Below are positions 12,158 to 23,296 of a DNA stretch of 58,385 nt, in pieces. Positions within the stretch are counted from its first letter, which is position 1. Every line of letters starts with the position of its first letter. The notes below the pieces were generated by a model that saw only the letters and a list, made by a program, of their open reading frames with translations, was not told where the DNA came from and did not search any database. This DNA is from Malacoraja senta (taxonomy: Eukaryota): NCBI GenBank assembly GCA_038087875.1, contig JAXLNO010003785.1:1-58385 (forward strand), written 5' to 3'. Both the position numbers and the translations under genes were made by a program.

Positions 12158-12550
12158 GAGTGGCACAGCGGTAGAGTTAATGCCTAACAGTGACACAGAC
12201 CCTGGTTCAATCCTGACCATGGGTGGTGTCTGTACGGAGTTTGTAAGTTCTCCCCATCACCTGCGTCGTTTTTTTCCAGGTGCTCCAGTTTCCTTCCACA
12301 TTCCAAAGACGTGCAGGTTTGTAGGTTCATTGGCTTTGGTAAAATTGTAAATTATCCTGTGTGTGTGTGTGTGTGTGTGTGTGTGCATGTGATAGTGTTA
12401 ACGTGTGGGGATTTCAGGTTGACGCGGACTCGGTGGGCCGAAAACGTCAAGTATTGCTTTTCTCCAGAAATGCTGCCTGGCCCACTGAGTTACTCCAGCA
12501 TTTTGTGTCTACCTTCGGTGTAAATCAGCACCTGCAGTTCCATCCTACAC
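12158..12550 (+). mobile_element. HE1-like tRNA SINE (internal (TG)n) fused to a Penelope-derived 3' end
   Basis: A-box/B-box head (tggcacagcggtag...ggttcaatcc), SINE body, then gggccgaa|aacgtc...tctccagaaatgctgcctggcccactgagttactccagc. Confidence 0.8.
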
Positions 12551-13361
12551 ATCTTCACTGCACAAATTGTGTCTGCCTTGTTCATAGTACTCACTAAGGA
12601 GTCTTTCAAGTCATACTTTTTCTCCTTTTGGTGCAGGGTTTGACCTGTGTTCAAACTGCCAGTACTCACTCACGGCTGATAGTTGTCATGCTGAACAAAG
12701 CACCTGGTTCCTCAACATGCAAGTGCATCTGCCAACCCCCGCAGTGGCCCTCTGACATGACTGGAGTCTATTTGATTGAATTCACACAAGAGCCATTCTT
12801 CTTTAATTTTTGTCTTTAGTTTGTGTGCTCTTTTTCTGGCTATGCAGTGCCAGGAAAATGATGTATGCTAAACGGCATAGAAAACTGTTAAAATATGTCC
12901 ATCTTGTTTTATTCCACAGTCTCCAACCAAACTGTACATATGTGTATACACAATACATACATATCAATCCCTTAAGATGTATGAAATATTACAATTTCTG
13001 TTTAAGATATGATAAGAATGATATAAAGCCATCAGAAAATATTTTGTATTGGTGGGAATGGTACAGAGGGTGAAAGTGTGAAAGGGAAGTTGGTGACAAT
13101 AGAAGACAAATTTAAAGTAACCAGCGATCCTCAGAAACTGGCAGGCATTGCAATCTGAATGAACCATCTGAAATGATGGTGGAAAAAGGAGTGAGGTTTC
13201 AGGGCTAGTGGGAAAGAGCAGGGGCTTGAGATGAATTGGACTCTCATTGAAGTGGCCCAGGTCAAATGCAAACAGTGCTGTACTATTTTGTGAATCTGAA
13301 ATACATGAACACGATTATGACAATAGTTTATATAAATGTTCATTAACTAACTAATTTAGTA

Positions 13362-13541
13362 TCAAACAACAACTATTAATACAGTAATTACAGTGACTAA
13401 AGTGCAAGTTACCAAAACTACCACAGATATTAATTTACAACATTTGGCTCTTTTGAGCTCAGATTCTTTTTTTCTCAGTAAAGAATCATATCCTGGTGTA
13501 TAAATGTCATCCAACCAAAACTTCAGGTCATTTGGATCCTC
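13362..13541 (-). CDS. MINAR2: Terminal coding exon of a MINAR-family (UPF0258/KIAA1024-like) tail-anchored membrane protein, probably MINAR2
   Basis: Reverse strand: pyrimidine-rich acceptor ...tttttcatttAG then 60 codons EDPNDLKFWLDDIYTPGYDSLLRKKESELKRAKCCKLISVVVLVTCTLVTVITVLIVVV*. This matches the MINAR C-terminal motif (NPNDLRFW.DMYTPGFD in MINAR2; YWMEDIYTPGYDSLL in MINAR1) and a C-terminal TM helix. MINAR2 is preferred because it neighbours CHSY3 in mammals. Confidence 0.85.
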   Translation of the reverse strand, partial: EDPNDLKFWLDDIYTPGYDSLLRKKESELKRAKCCKLISVVVLVTCTLVTVITVLIVVV

Positions 13542-14783
13542 CTAAATGAAAAATAAATTGAAACAATTACTAATGATCCTTACTGAGATTCAGCGCTAGC
13601 CTATCGCAGTGGCCGCAGTGAAATTTCCTCAGAACGGAAATGTAGTATTTATCCTGATACCTCTAATCCTAATTTACTTCACATCTAAATCTTTTCTGAT
13701 GTTCATGAAAAAATGCATCAGGACAAGGAAGTCCAAAATCTGTTTGGGCATGAAGTGATGCATAACCTTTGTTGGTAGGCTAAGGGCCTTCTGAAATAAT
13801 TGTCACATCATCCCGCAAGGGTTAAAGGCACAAAGATAGTTTGTTGCATTAAGAAATTAGATACATGCAGCATTTCTCTTAAACACCCAATGTAACTTCA
13901 ACCATTTGTTTTCCAGGGAATACACATCTGCAAAAGTTGCACACAGTACAAAAGTCATGTATAATGAAAAATGTTGGTTCATAAACTCATTTTTTTCTTA
14001 AACTTATCTGAGCTACGCTGCTTCTATTAATGTCTAGATATAATACTCAGATCCAGTAATTACGCATGGGAAAACTGACACAAGATTGAACAATGTCTCT
14101 GGCAAATTCTCACAGTTTATTTCTATTAAAGAATGCCAGAAGAACAGTAATTAGGACAAGAACTGGACATGCTATGACAAACACTCACTGTAAGGATTCC
14201 AGACTATCCTTTAGACTGTCAAACATAGAATAGTAAGATTAAACGAGAACTTACAAGTTTGAAGTTTGATCTTTATTTTATGAGGAGTTACGTTGGTGAT
14301 TACGTGAAGAAGACCCGTCAGGGTGCATGCGCGTCAATCTTCAAAGCAGCGGTATGAAATCACAGACAACACCATAATTGAAGTAACATATTAAGATGAT
14401 CAACATGAGAACTACCATTATGACCTTTTTTCTATGAGAGAGGGTTGGGCGTGGCGGGCACGTAATCACCAACGTAACTCCTCATAAAATAAAGATCAAA
14501 CTTCAAACTGGTAAGTTCTCGTTTAATCTTACTATTTTACTTCGGAGTCACGTGAGTGACTACGTGAAGATTTTAAAGCTCTGTGATTTTTATGCCGCAG
14601 ATCAAAATCCCGGCTTCTCACTGTATTGATTGACTCTGAGTATCATCAATATTGCTGTAAACATGACATTGCATATCATGCAAAAACAAAACAGTTGTAT
14701 TTTTGGTCATAAAACCAACCAATAAACCCTCTTAATGTAGGGGCAACAAACAAAACAGAATTAAACAGTATTGAAAACAGACT

Positions 14784-15754
14784 TTAAACAATAGCAACAG
14801 CACTCAATATTGCGTTGGCAAACAGCCCTCCATCGGCAATCGGCCGATGGTAGTATTGCTGAAACACAAGTTCATTGTTCCAACCTGCGGCTTTTAATAT
14901 ATGGTCGATGGGAACGTCCATCGCCCTGGCCGTGGATGTTGCTACTGCTCTAGTGGAATGAGATGTACACACATAAATGTTAATTCCTGCCTGAACCAAC
15001 TCTTGCTTTAACCACCTTGAGATAGTCTGAACTGCCAGTCTCTTATGTTGGCTTCTTGTAACTGACAAATAATCCTGATTCTTCTTGTCTTAAAGCCCTT
15101 GTGGCTTCAATGTAATGTAACAAATGTGTCGGTACACATAAAGCTGGAGCTGTAGGATATGCTGAGAACACAATCTTAAATCTTGTCACACCTGGCCTGC
15201 TTTGTTTGAGCAGGTCATAAATATAAAACAGAACATTCTCTGTAGTCACTTCCATTGTATCTAACTGAAGTTTTTGCAAAGTCTGCACTCTCTGCACTGA
15301 CACCAATGCCATTAGCATAGCCAATTTCATGGTTAATTTTAACAAAGTGATAGATGTGACAGGGACCCAATGACGAAGCATGTTAAGAACAACGCTTACA
15401 GCCCAGATTACCATATATCTAGGCTTAGGTGGTTTGGAATTAAAGATTCCTTTCATCAACCTAGATATGAGAGGGTGAGAACCTATACTTCGTGTCCGTG
15501 TACCTATTACAAGATATGCCGACAACGCACTTCTAGCTGTATTGATAGCACTATAGCTAAGACCCTCATCATAATAAAGTGTAGATAAACTCTAACACAT
15601 TTTCAATAACTACAGTATCATATTGAATATTCTTTTCAACACAATATTGTTCCCATTTTTTACATGTCATATACTGCTTTTGAGTACTCTTTCTCCAGGC
15701 TGCAGTGAGCATATCCACCGTTGGCCTAGAAAGTCCTCGACCAATGTAAGGCAT
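14784..15754 (-). pseudogene. DIRS tyrosine recombinase (frameshifted)
   Basis: ORFs 15569-15754, 15043-15525 and 14784-15068 give HPLISRLMKGIFNSKP, QR, LLKQSRPG, LCVPTHL, ISRWLK, HSTR, AGW, YY motifs. Confidence 0.85.
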
Positions 15755-15921
15755 TCTTAAAAACCCTGCAAATTAACAGATCAATATGATCACATAACGG
15801 ATGAACTTAACGTGTTACTGGATGCTCCAGCAAATTCCTACTGTTTGGAATCAGCAAAAGGAGGTTGGATCGCTATCTGTAACATCAAAGGGAACCATTG
15901 GTTGAATCGGGCAATTTGGTA

Positions 15922-17242
15922 TCACCAAAACCCCTGAAGCGGCATCCTGCTTGATTTTCTCAAACACCGACCTATGAGGCAGAATGGTGGGAAAATGTAC
16001 ACAAACATATCATCCCAATTTAGTGAAAAAGCATCAATTGCCACTGCCCCTGGATCTGGTTCCCATGAAACATATTTTGGCCTTCCATATAGAAGTACTA
16101 TGTTCTTGAACACATCCTGGTTCAACATCCACTCTGTATTATCACGGAATTTTCGTGAGCTGCCATCTGGTACTACATTAAGTTTCCCTGGCAGATAGAT
16201 AGCTCCAATCCAAATATCTCTATCCATACTCCAGGTCCAATTTTATTTGCCAACCTGTCACATGATAACGATTTGATTCCACCCATGTGATTCATATAAG
16301 CAACTGCTGTAGTGTTGTCTATTTTGCACTGCACATGCAAACTAGTTTTGTTAGTGCCATAAGCCTTGAGTCCATAAAATACTCTTGGTTAATTCCCCAT
16401 GTTTGGAGAAGCAATGTCCATCTGTCTCCACAGCTGGATCTTGTATCAGTAGCACCCTACCCAAGTGCTCTGACATCTGTCTGCAAAATCATGGAAGCTT
16501 GGTCCAATAACACTATGGAACTACTAGTGGACACATGCTGAATCCACCATTGTACATCAGCAACAGCCTCTATTGATAGAAGCATAGGTTTATTATAATG
16601 ACCCTAATGTATCCTCAGTGCTTGTTCCTTTGACCTTTGTAATTGTAGATAATAAAGTGGCCACTATTGAACTGCTGGAAATGCTGCCAGCAATTTCCCC
16701 AGCAGACTCGTCACCTGGCTAATTAAAGGCTGTGTGTCAGCAATTAACTTCATACAGCTCTTAATTAGCTCTATCCTTTTTTGCCTGGGCAAGGTCACAA
16801 TCATGTTGATTAAGTCTATTGTGAACCCAACTAGTCAATTTGTGTCACAGGTATTAATTTAGATTTCTCTGGCTAGCTTATGAAGTCCAATTTTTAAAAA
16901 GTGGTTTTTACCAACTGCCATCACTCTAGGAGCTGAAGATAAACCATTAGGCAGTGCATTGTATTACCATAATTGCCCCATCCAGCTGAATTTTAAATCT
17001 TCTATCATGCAAATGAACAGACACTGAATCCGCATCTTTAAGATCTCCTTCACAAACGTTTCCATCTTAAAATGTCTATGCCATACAAAAGGGTTAAGCC
17101 TATTCAAGTCCAGTATAATTCTGCATCCCCCATCCTTTTTTGGTCTGGGAAAGATATTGGACACAAACTGATGGCTTTGGTAAACTGCCTTAGCAATTAC
17201 ACCTTTATTACATAAGCTTGCAAGTTCCACCTGAACTTCCAA
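15922..17242 (-). pseudogene. DIRS pol remnant (RT, RNase H, adenine methyltransferase-like domain)
   Basis: RT, RNase H and FPPF motifs present; stops, frameshifts and apparent loss of the YxDD segment. Confidence 0.8.
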
Positions 17243-17871
17243 TTGTTCAGTGATACTGAAGTCAAACTCCTTTTTGGAACATGTTGCATGGGTAAATCAG
17301 AATTTGCATTAAGCTTTATTCGATACCCTTCAATAACCTTCAGTATAAACATATCTGAGGTAAACATTTAATTGTATCACATTAGATCTGTCTACATGAG
17401 AACCAGACCCACTTACCTCCTTACCACCTGGCATTCTTCCCCGGCCTCGAGCTGGATATCTCACCTTCCCTGGCGCTGCTACAGCCGAACGCCAACTGCG
17501 CTGCATCGTAGCTGGACTCGTCCCTTGCCCGGACCAGTCTCCTCGCTTATAGGGATACTTCCGCTTTGGTGGATATGTGGCTGCTGGCTGCTTAATCAAG
17601 CCCACCGTCTTGGCCTCCTCCTCCAGCTCCTTCAGCTGCTTTGTGAAATCCTCGCCAAACAGCTGTGCCAGGTTGGCAGAGAGAAGCATATTTTATGCTG
17701 GTGGCAAGTTCCTCACCCAGAGGCTCACCAGCATCCGACGACATGGCAAACCGTGCTGCACACAGTGTCAGCTCTGGCCGCTGCATGCCCTCCCTTTGGA
17801 AGTCGTCGTCGGACTCAGGGTCAGAGCGTATCTGCCCTTCTCCACTCACCTCTTGCAAAGAGGGTGCTTTC

Positions 17872-18050
17872 AAGCAGGCCTCTACTAGGCACTGCCGGCG
17901 GAGCCTTCCCGACGGCCTCCCGCCCTCACAACTCCTCCTGGAGTGTGGCTTTGTGAAGCAGGCCTCTCCTAGGCACTGCCGGTGGAGCCGACCCTACAGC
18001 CTCCCGCCCACACAACTCCTCCTGGAGTGTGGCTTTGTGGAGCAGCCCCT
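17872..18050 (+). repeat. 84-bp tandem duplication inside DIRS gag region
   Basis: aagcaggcctct.ctaggcactgccgg.ggagcc...cacaactcctcctggagtgtggctttgtg occurs twice. Confidence 0.85.
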
Positions 18051-18718
18051 GTATGAGCTGCTCCTTTTGGATAACCGCTGGGGCACGGTATCCTGTCCCG
18101 GACGGGACTCTCCTGGCCTGGCTCTGCGGAGTCAATGGCCCTGACAGACTTGGCTTATGCCTACCGCCCGACTGGCGTTGGCTGTGTACCCGGCTGGGCA
18201 CTTTGCCAAGTCTGTCGCCGCACCGCTACCGGCTTGCGACTCCCCAGAGGTGACAGGCTGCCTTTCAGAGACTGCGCTCCCGCAGCTCTCTCTCCCCTTG
18301 TCCGTAGCATGCCTGCACCTTGATGATTTTTTCCTTGTTCCTGTATTGTGGGGAAAAACATACAGCAACAATTTTCTACTTTTTTCTAACTCCTCCAAAG
18401 TCTCCCCGACTTTGGTGGAGCTGTAACTACTCACCTGCAGGAGGAGCTCCGTCTTCCTGCTGCCGTTCGCGCCAATGCATCAGACGTAATGACGCGCATG
18501 CGCCCTGACGGGTCTTCTTCACGTAGTCACTCACGTGACTCCGAAGTAAAATCATGACATTTTGCTCTTTTAATACAACAATCACTTTTACTTATTATAT
18601 TTAGGGTAGAAGAATTTGTGCACACACAGGCTACAGTCCAAAGTTTAGAATAATTGCTCCAAATATTTTAATTTTTATTGTTAACGTGAAAACCAGGAAA
18701 ATAGTTTGCCCAAACACA

Positions 18719-19012
18719 TGGGCGGCACGGTGGTGCAGTGGTAGTGTTGCCAACTTACATCGCCAGAGATCCGGGTTTGATCCTGACTATGGGTGCTGTC
18801 TGTATGGAGTTTGTACGTTCTCCCCGTGACCGCTTGGGTTTTCGCCAGGTGCTCCGGTTTCCTTCCACACTCCAAAGACATAAAGGGTCGTAGATTAATT
18901 GGCTCCAGTAAAAATTGTAAATTATCCCTAGTGTACGGGGATCGCTGGTCGGCACGGATGCAGTGGGCCGAAGGAACTGTTTCTGCATTGCATCTCTGAA
19001 CTAAACTACACT
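18719..19012 (+). mobile_element. HE1-like tRNA-derived SINE
   Basis: ggcggcacggtggtgcagtggtag A-box; ccgggtttgatcc B-box; CR1-like tail gggccgaagg...tctctgaactaaact. Confidence 0.88.
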
Positions 19013-19249
19013 AAGCATTTAAGAAAAGCCTGTTCTAACTACCTGCTCGACAGGTCTATTTAACATTTATGGAATATGTTGTATATTGGAGATCTGTAAT
19101 ATTTCCCTAAAATAATCTCATGGATCTTTCAGATTGGAATCTAAATGCACAAAGTAGGCATCTGTGACATTGAATGTTCATGTCCCTGCAGGAGCTCAGC
19201 ATGCCTGTGCCAAGATTAGATTTAAATCTAATTAGATTAAGATTAGACT

Positions 19250-19345
19250 TAGTCTGAAGAAGTGTTCTGACCTGAAACTTCACCTAATCCTTTCCTCCAG
19301 AGATGCTGCCTGGCCCGCTGAGTTACTCCAGCACTTGATGTCTAT
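19250..19345 (+). mobile_element. Penelope-derived short element with degenerate hammerhead core; TSD CCAAGATT
   Basis: gtctgaagaagtgttctgacctgaaacttcacc...gctgagttactccagc; ccaagatt at ~19210 and ~19346, with templated filler between the left TSD and the element. Confidence 0.7.
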
Positions 19346-19479
19346 CCAAGATTTGACAGAATTGATTTATGGGTTGGTTTACCACCCGTTTAATTTTTGT
19401 CTGTCTGGTTTACTAATGATTTGCCAAGATTTGCCAAGATTTCAGATTATAGCAATGGGTAAAGATTCAATCATTCTCG

Positions 19480-19835
19480 GTAGGAGGTGGCCGACTCTGA
19501 TGTCCAGGCCACTGAGGTCCCCCAGCCCCGACGTCGGACTTACATCACCCCGGCGAGTGGGCCTGAACATCGGGCCGCCCGTAGCAGCGACTGCGGTGGG
19601 CTCAGGGAGGCCCCGACCACGGGTGAACATTGGGGAACATTAGAGGAAGATGACTGACTTTGGTGCCTTCCCTCACAGTGGCTAACTTTGATTCTGCTGT
19701 GTGGGGATGTTTTATGTTGAACTCCATCGTGTGTTGTGTTCTTTATTTTTATTGTATGGCTGTATGGTGACCACACATTTCACTGTGCCAACTGGCACAT
19801 GTGATAAATAAATATATCTTGTATCATGTATCTAT
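19480..19835 (+). mobile_element. SINE-like element with Rex1/Babar-type 3' tail
   Basis: GC-rich body; 3' end tgccttccctcacagtg...gtatggctgtatggt...cactgtgcc...gtgataaataaa; same tail family as 54134-54697. Confidence 0.6.
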
Positions 19836-20451
19836 ATCCTCCAGAATGTTCCCTGTCTTTTCCTAAACAGCCAATGTGTGCTGCGCATTTTTTTTTCAGC
19901 TCATCTTTTTCATCCTTCTGACATTGAACATCCGGTCAAGGAACATTATGAATGAAGACATTTAATTCCTTGTAAGTTTACAACGGCTTCAGTATATTAC
20001 AGGAAGGATTTCCTTCCTGGGAAATTCACTACAGACTGTCTAAGACAGCCTAAAATAAGAAATACGACCCTCTCATTTTTTTTCAACTTAAATATTATTA
20101 AAAGAATGATTCTCTACATTTAGGATTGAATTTTGCAAAATGCTACATGTGTTAGTGAATGATGGTGGATGGGTTATGTAGAGCTACTTTTCATAAGAGA
20201 TCCCCTCCCATGGATGGCGAGCCAATGAATTTTTTTTCCAGTGAACAACACGATGGCAAAGCGGTAGAGTTGCTGCCTTACAGCACCAGAGACCCGGGTT
20301 CGATCCTGACTACAGGCGTAGTCTGTACGGAGTTTGTACATTCTCCCCTTGAACTGGGTGGGTTTTCGCCGGGTGCTCCGGTTTCCACCCACACTCCAAA
20401 GACGTACAGGTTTGTAGGCTAATTGCAGGGCTGCCAACTCTCACGCTTTCT

Positions 20452-21240
20452 AGTAAAAACAGGAAAGCAGACTATTATCTAAATGGTGGCCGACTAGGAA
20501 AAGGGGAGATGCAGCGAGACCTGGGTGTCATGGTACACCAGTCATTGAAAGTAGGCATGCAGGTGCAGCAGGCAGTGAAGAAAGCGAATGGTATGTTACC
20601 TTTCATAGCAAAAGGATTTGAGTATAGGAGCAGGGAGGTTCTACTGCAGTTGTACAGGGTCTTGGTGAGACCACACCTGGAGTATTGCGTACAGTTTTGG
20701 TCTCCAAATCTGAGGAAGGACATTATTGCCATAGAGGGAGTGCAGAGAAGGTTCACCAGACTGATTCCTGGGATGTCAGGACTGTCTTATGAAGAATGAC
20801 TGGATAGACTTGGTTTATACTCTCTAGAATTTAGGAGATTGAGAGGGGATCTTTTAGAAACGTACAAAATTCTTAAGGAGTTGGACAGGCTAGATGCAGG
20901 AAGATTGCTCCCGATGTTGGGGAAGTCCAGGACAAGGGGTCACAGCTTAAGGATAAGGGGGAAATCCTTTAAAACTGAGATGAGAAGAACTTTATTCACA
21001 CAGAGAGTGGTGAATCTCTGGAACTCTCTGCCACAGAGGGTAGTCGAGGCCAGTTCATTGGCTATATTTAAGAGGGAGTTAGATGTGGCCCTTGTGGCTA
21101 AAGGGATCAGAGGGTATGGAGAGAAGGCAGGTACGGGATACTGAGTTGGATGATCAGCCATGATCATATTGAATGGCGGTGCAGGCTCGATGGGCCGAAT
21201 GGCCTACTCCTGCACCTAACTTCTATGTTTCTATGTTTCT
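20452..21240 (+). mobile_element. CR1 LINE 3' fragment nested in the DNA transposon left end
   Basis: ORFs [37 protein letters not shown]; (TTTCTATG)n tail. Confidence 0.93.
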
Positions 21241-21758
21241 TTGTTTCAGCGTGAGAATCACGCCTTGGAGCAAATTTTCACGCCCTCACGCTCATGACCG
21301 AGTTCTCACGCTGAGTTCAGTCCCTGCACAGTTTGTCTCTTTGCACCGCGTTCCAGGGATCTGCACGGTCTGGGGAAGCGCGTCGGTTGACGCTGTGAGT
21401 GACGTCGCGTCTCTTCTCTCTTGGTTGGATGTGCAGCCGCCGGGTGTCAGCAGCTCTATGTGCCGGCTGTGAGCGCTGCGCTGCCGGCCACCGCTGCAGC
21501 CTCGCTCCCTCCCTCCCTCCTGCCCTCCAACTCACACGGCAGCGCCAGCGCCGCCAATCCACGCTGCACCGTGCCCGCCAGACTCCCCATTGGGCGGCCG
21601 GGGAGAGAGAGGGAGGGGGGAAAGAGAGAGAGAGAGAGAGGGAAAGAAAAAATGGAGGGATGGAGGAAAAGTGAGACAAGGGGAGGGAATGTAGAAAGGG
21701 GATGAAGGAAGGAAAGGAGAAAGTGGAGAAAGAGGGAGGGGGAGGAAAGAGAGAAGGA

Positions 21759-21970
21759 NNNNNNNNNNNNNNNNNNNNNNNNNNNNNNNNNNNNNNNNNN
21801 NNNNNNNNNNNNNNNNNNNNNNNNNNNNNNNNNNNNNNNNNNNNNNNNNNNNNNNNNNNNNNNNNNNNNNNNNNNNNNNNNNNNNNNNNNNNNNNNNNNN
21901 NNNNNNNNNNNNNNNNNNNNNNNNNNNNNNNNNNNNNNNNNNNNNNNNNNNNNNNNNNNNNNNNNNNNNN
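21759..21970. other. Assembly gap (N run)
   Basis: Run of n characters between a purine-rich tract and a GT-rich minisatellite. Confidence 0.99.
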
Positions 21971-22332
21971 GTGTCTCCCTGTGTGTGTGTGCGTGTCTGT
22001 GTGTCTCCCTGTGTGTGTGTCTCCCTGTGTGTGTGTGTCTCCCTGTGTGTGTGTGTCTCCCTGTGTGTGTGTGTGTCTCCCTGTGTGTGCGTGTCTCCCT
22101 GTGTGTGTGTGTCTCCCTGTGTGTGTGTCTCCCCGTGTTTGTTGTTTGTCTCCCTGTGTGCGTGTGCGTGTCTGTGTGTCTCCCTGTGTGTGTGTCTCCC
22201 TGTGTGTGTGTGTCTGTGTGTGTGTGTGTGTCTCCCCGTGTTTGTGTCTGTCTCCCTGTGTGTGTGTGTGTCTGTCTCCCTGTGTGTGTGTGTGTGTGTG
22301 TCTTCCTTTGTGTATGTGTCTCCCTGTGTGTC
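21971..22332. repeat. GT-rich minisatellite, unit ~GTCTCCCT(GT)n
   Basis: Repeated gtgtctccctgtgtgt... units of variable GT length. Confidence 0.95.
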
Positions 22333-22666
22333 TGTTGTCATATCCTGGCCTTAGACAGGGCTGCCAACTCTCACGCTTTGAGCGTGAGAGTCACGCATTT
22401 CAGCCAATGCTCACGCTGATGACAGAATTCTCACGCTGTTTTCAGTCCCTGCACAGTTTGTCTCTTTTGCGCCACATCACAGCGATCTGTGCAGTCTGGG
22501 GAAGCGCGTCAGTTGGCAGCTGTGAGTGACGTCGCATCTCTTCTCTTCTCTTCTTTCTTGGTTGGATCGGCAGCCGCCAACAACATGAAGCAGCTGGAGA
22601 TAGAACTAACCAGGTGAATTGGTTGTAAAACATGGGAGGGACCACAATGAGGCCAAACATCTAGGA

Positions 22667-22850
22667 CAGGGTTCGGCAACCTACGGCACACGGGCCGAAT
22701 CCGGCCCGTAACCCGAAAAACCGCAGAGTTTTTTTCAATTCGTTTTCACGGGGTCGGGGCAGGCAAGCCAACCTGAGAACTGCAGCCAGTCCCTGGGACG
22801 CGAGCTGATCTGGCAACGGCAGCCAGTCCCTGGGCACGCAGAATGCCAAC
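22667..22850 (+). mobile_element. hAT (Charlie/Buster-like) left-end fragment
   Basis: CAGGGTTCGGCAACCTACGGCACACGGGCCGAATCCGGCCC preceded by ATCTAGGA, close to the NTCTAGAN Charlie target consensus; no right TIR seen. Confidence 0.55.
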
Positions 22851-23296
22851 TTGATCATTATGGACAAATTGTGCCAGCCATGTACATGTTGTATAACTGA
22901 CTATGCAGATCTGAATGGGCTTAGAATGACCATTTAAGCAAAATTGCCCTCACTTTCCCCATTTTGATTCTTGAGATTAATATCCCTTTGCTCTGTTAAC
23001 AGCGTTAAAGTACTTATGAGGTAGAGTCAGGAAAGGGAACATGTTATTTTCTTTTAGTTTGCTTTAATTTGTTAGTTGATTTTTTGTTGACTGCCATAAT
23101 TTCTGAAATGTTCTTAATGTAACTTAACTGTTATAAAGCAGTAATAAGTGATTTTTGTCCAAACAATTGGAACTTGCCTAAAATGTTTGCATTATTAGCA
23201 GGGCTGCCAACTCTCACGCATTTCACAAAACTCTCATGCTCTCACGCTGATCACAAAATTATATAATGAGAATAGGACCTGTTTTGCTTTACAAAT

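Larger units (their letters stand above)
14229..18552 (-). mobile_element. DIRS1-type tyrosine-recombinase retrotransposon, both termini intact, ORFs decayed/internally deleted
   Basis: ITR 14301-14336 vs 18490-18525; ICR 14459-14570 complementary to both ends. Gag remnant LFGEDFTKQLKELEEE; RT FPRPKKDGGCRIILDLNRLN..FKMET, LPNGLSSAPRV; RNaseH IYLPGKLNVVPD; methyltransferase-like SWEPDPGAVAIDAFSLNW..YIFPPF; YR HSTRAVATS..AAGW..FQQYYHRPI. Confidence 0.93.

Noticed and set aside
18719-18800. tRNA genes
   Set aside because: A/B boxes continue into SINE bodies and CR1-like tails; no complete cloverleaf.
3573-21240. Inversion of the MINAR2 exon by recombination between inverted CR1 copies at 3.6 kb and 20.5 kb (or 24.7 kb)
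   Set aside because: Flanks of the 20.5-kb CR1 are continuous transposon sequence and the 24.7-kb CR1 retains its TSD, so neither is an inversion breakpoint.
21532-22529. His/Thr- or Cys/Val-rich ORFs
   Set aside because: Translations of a GT minisatellite and an N gap.
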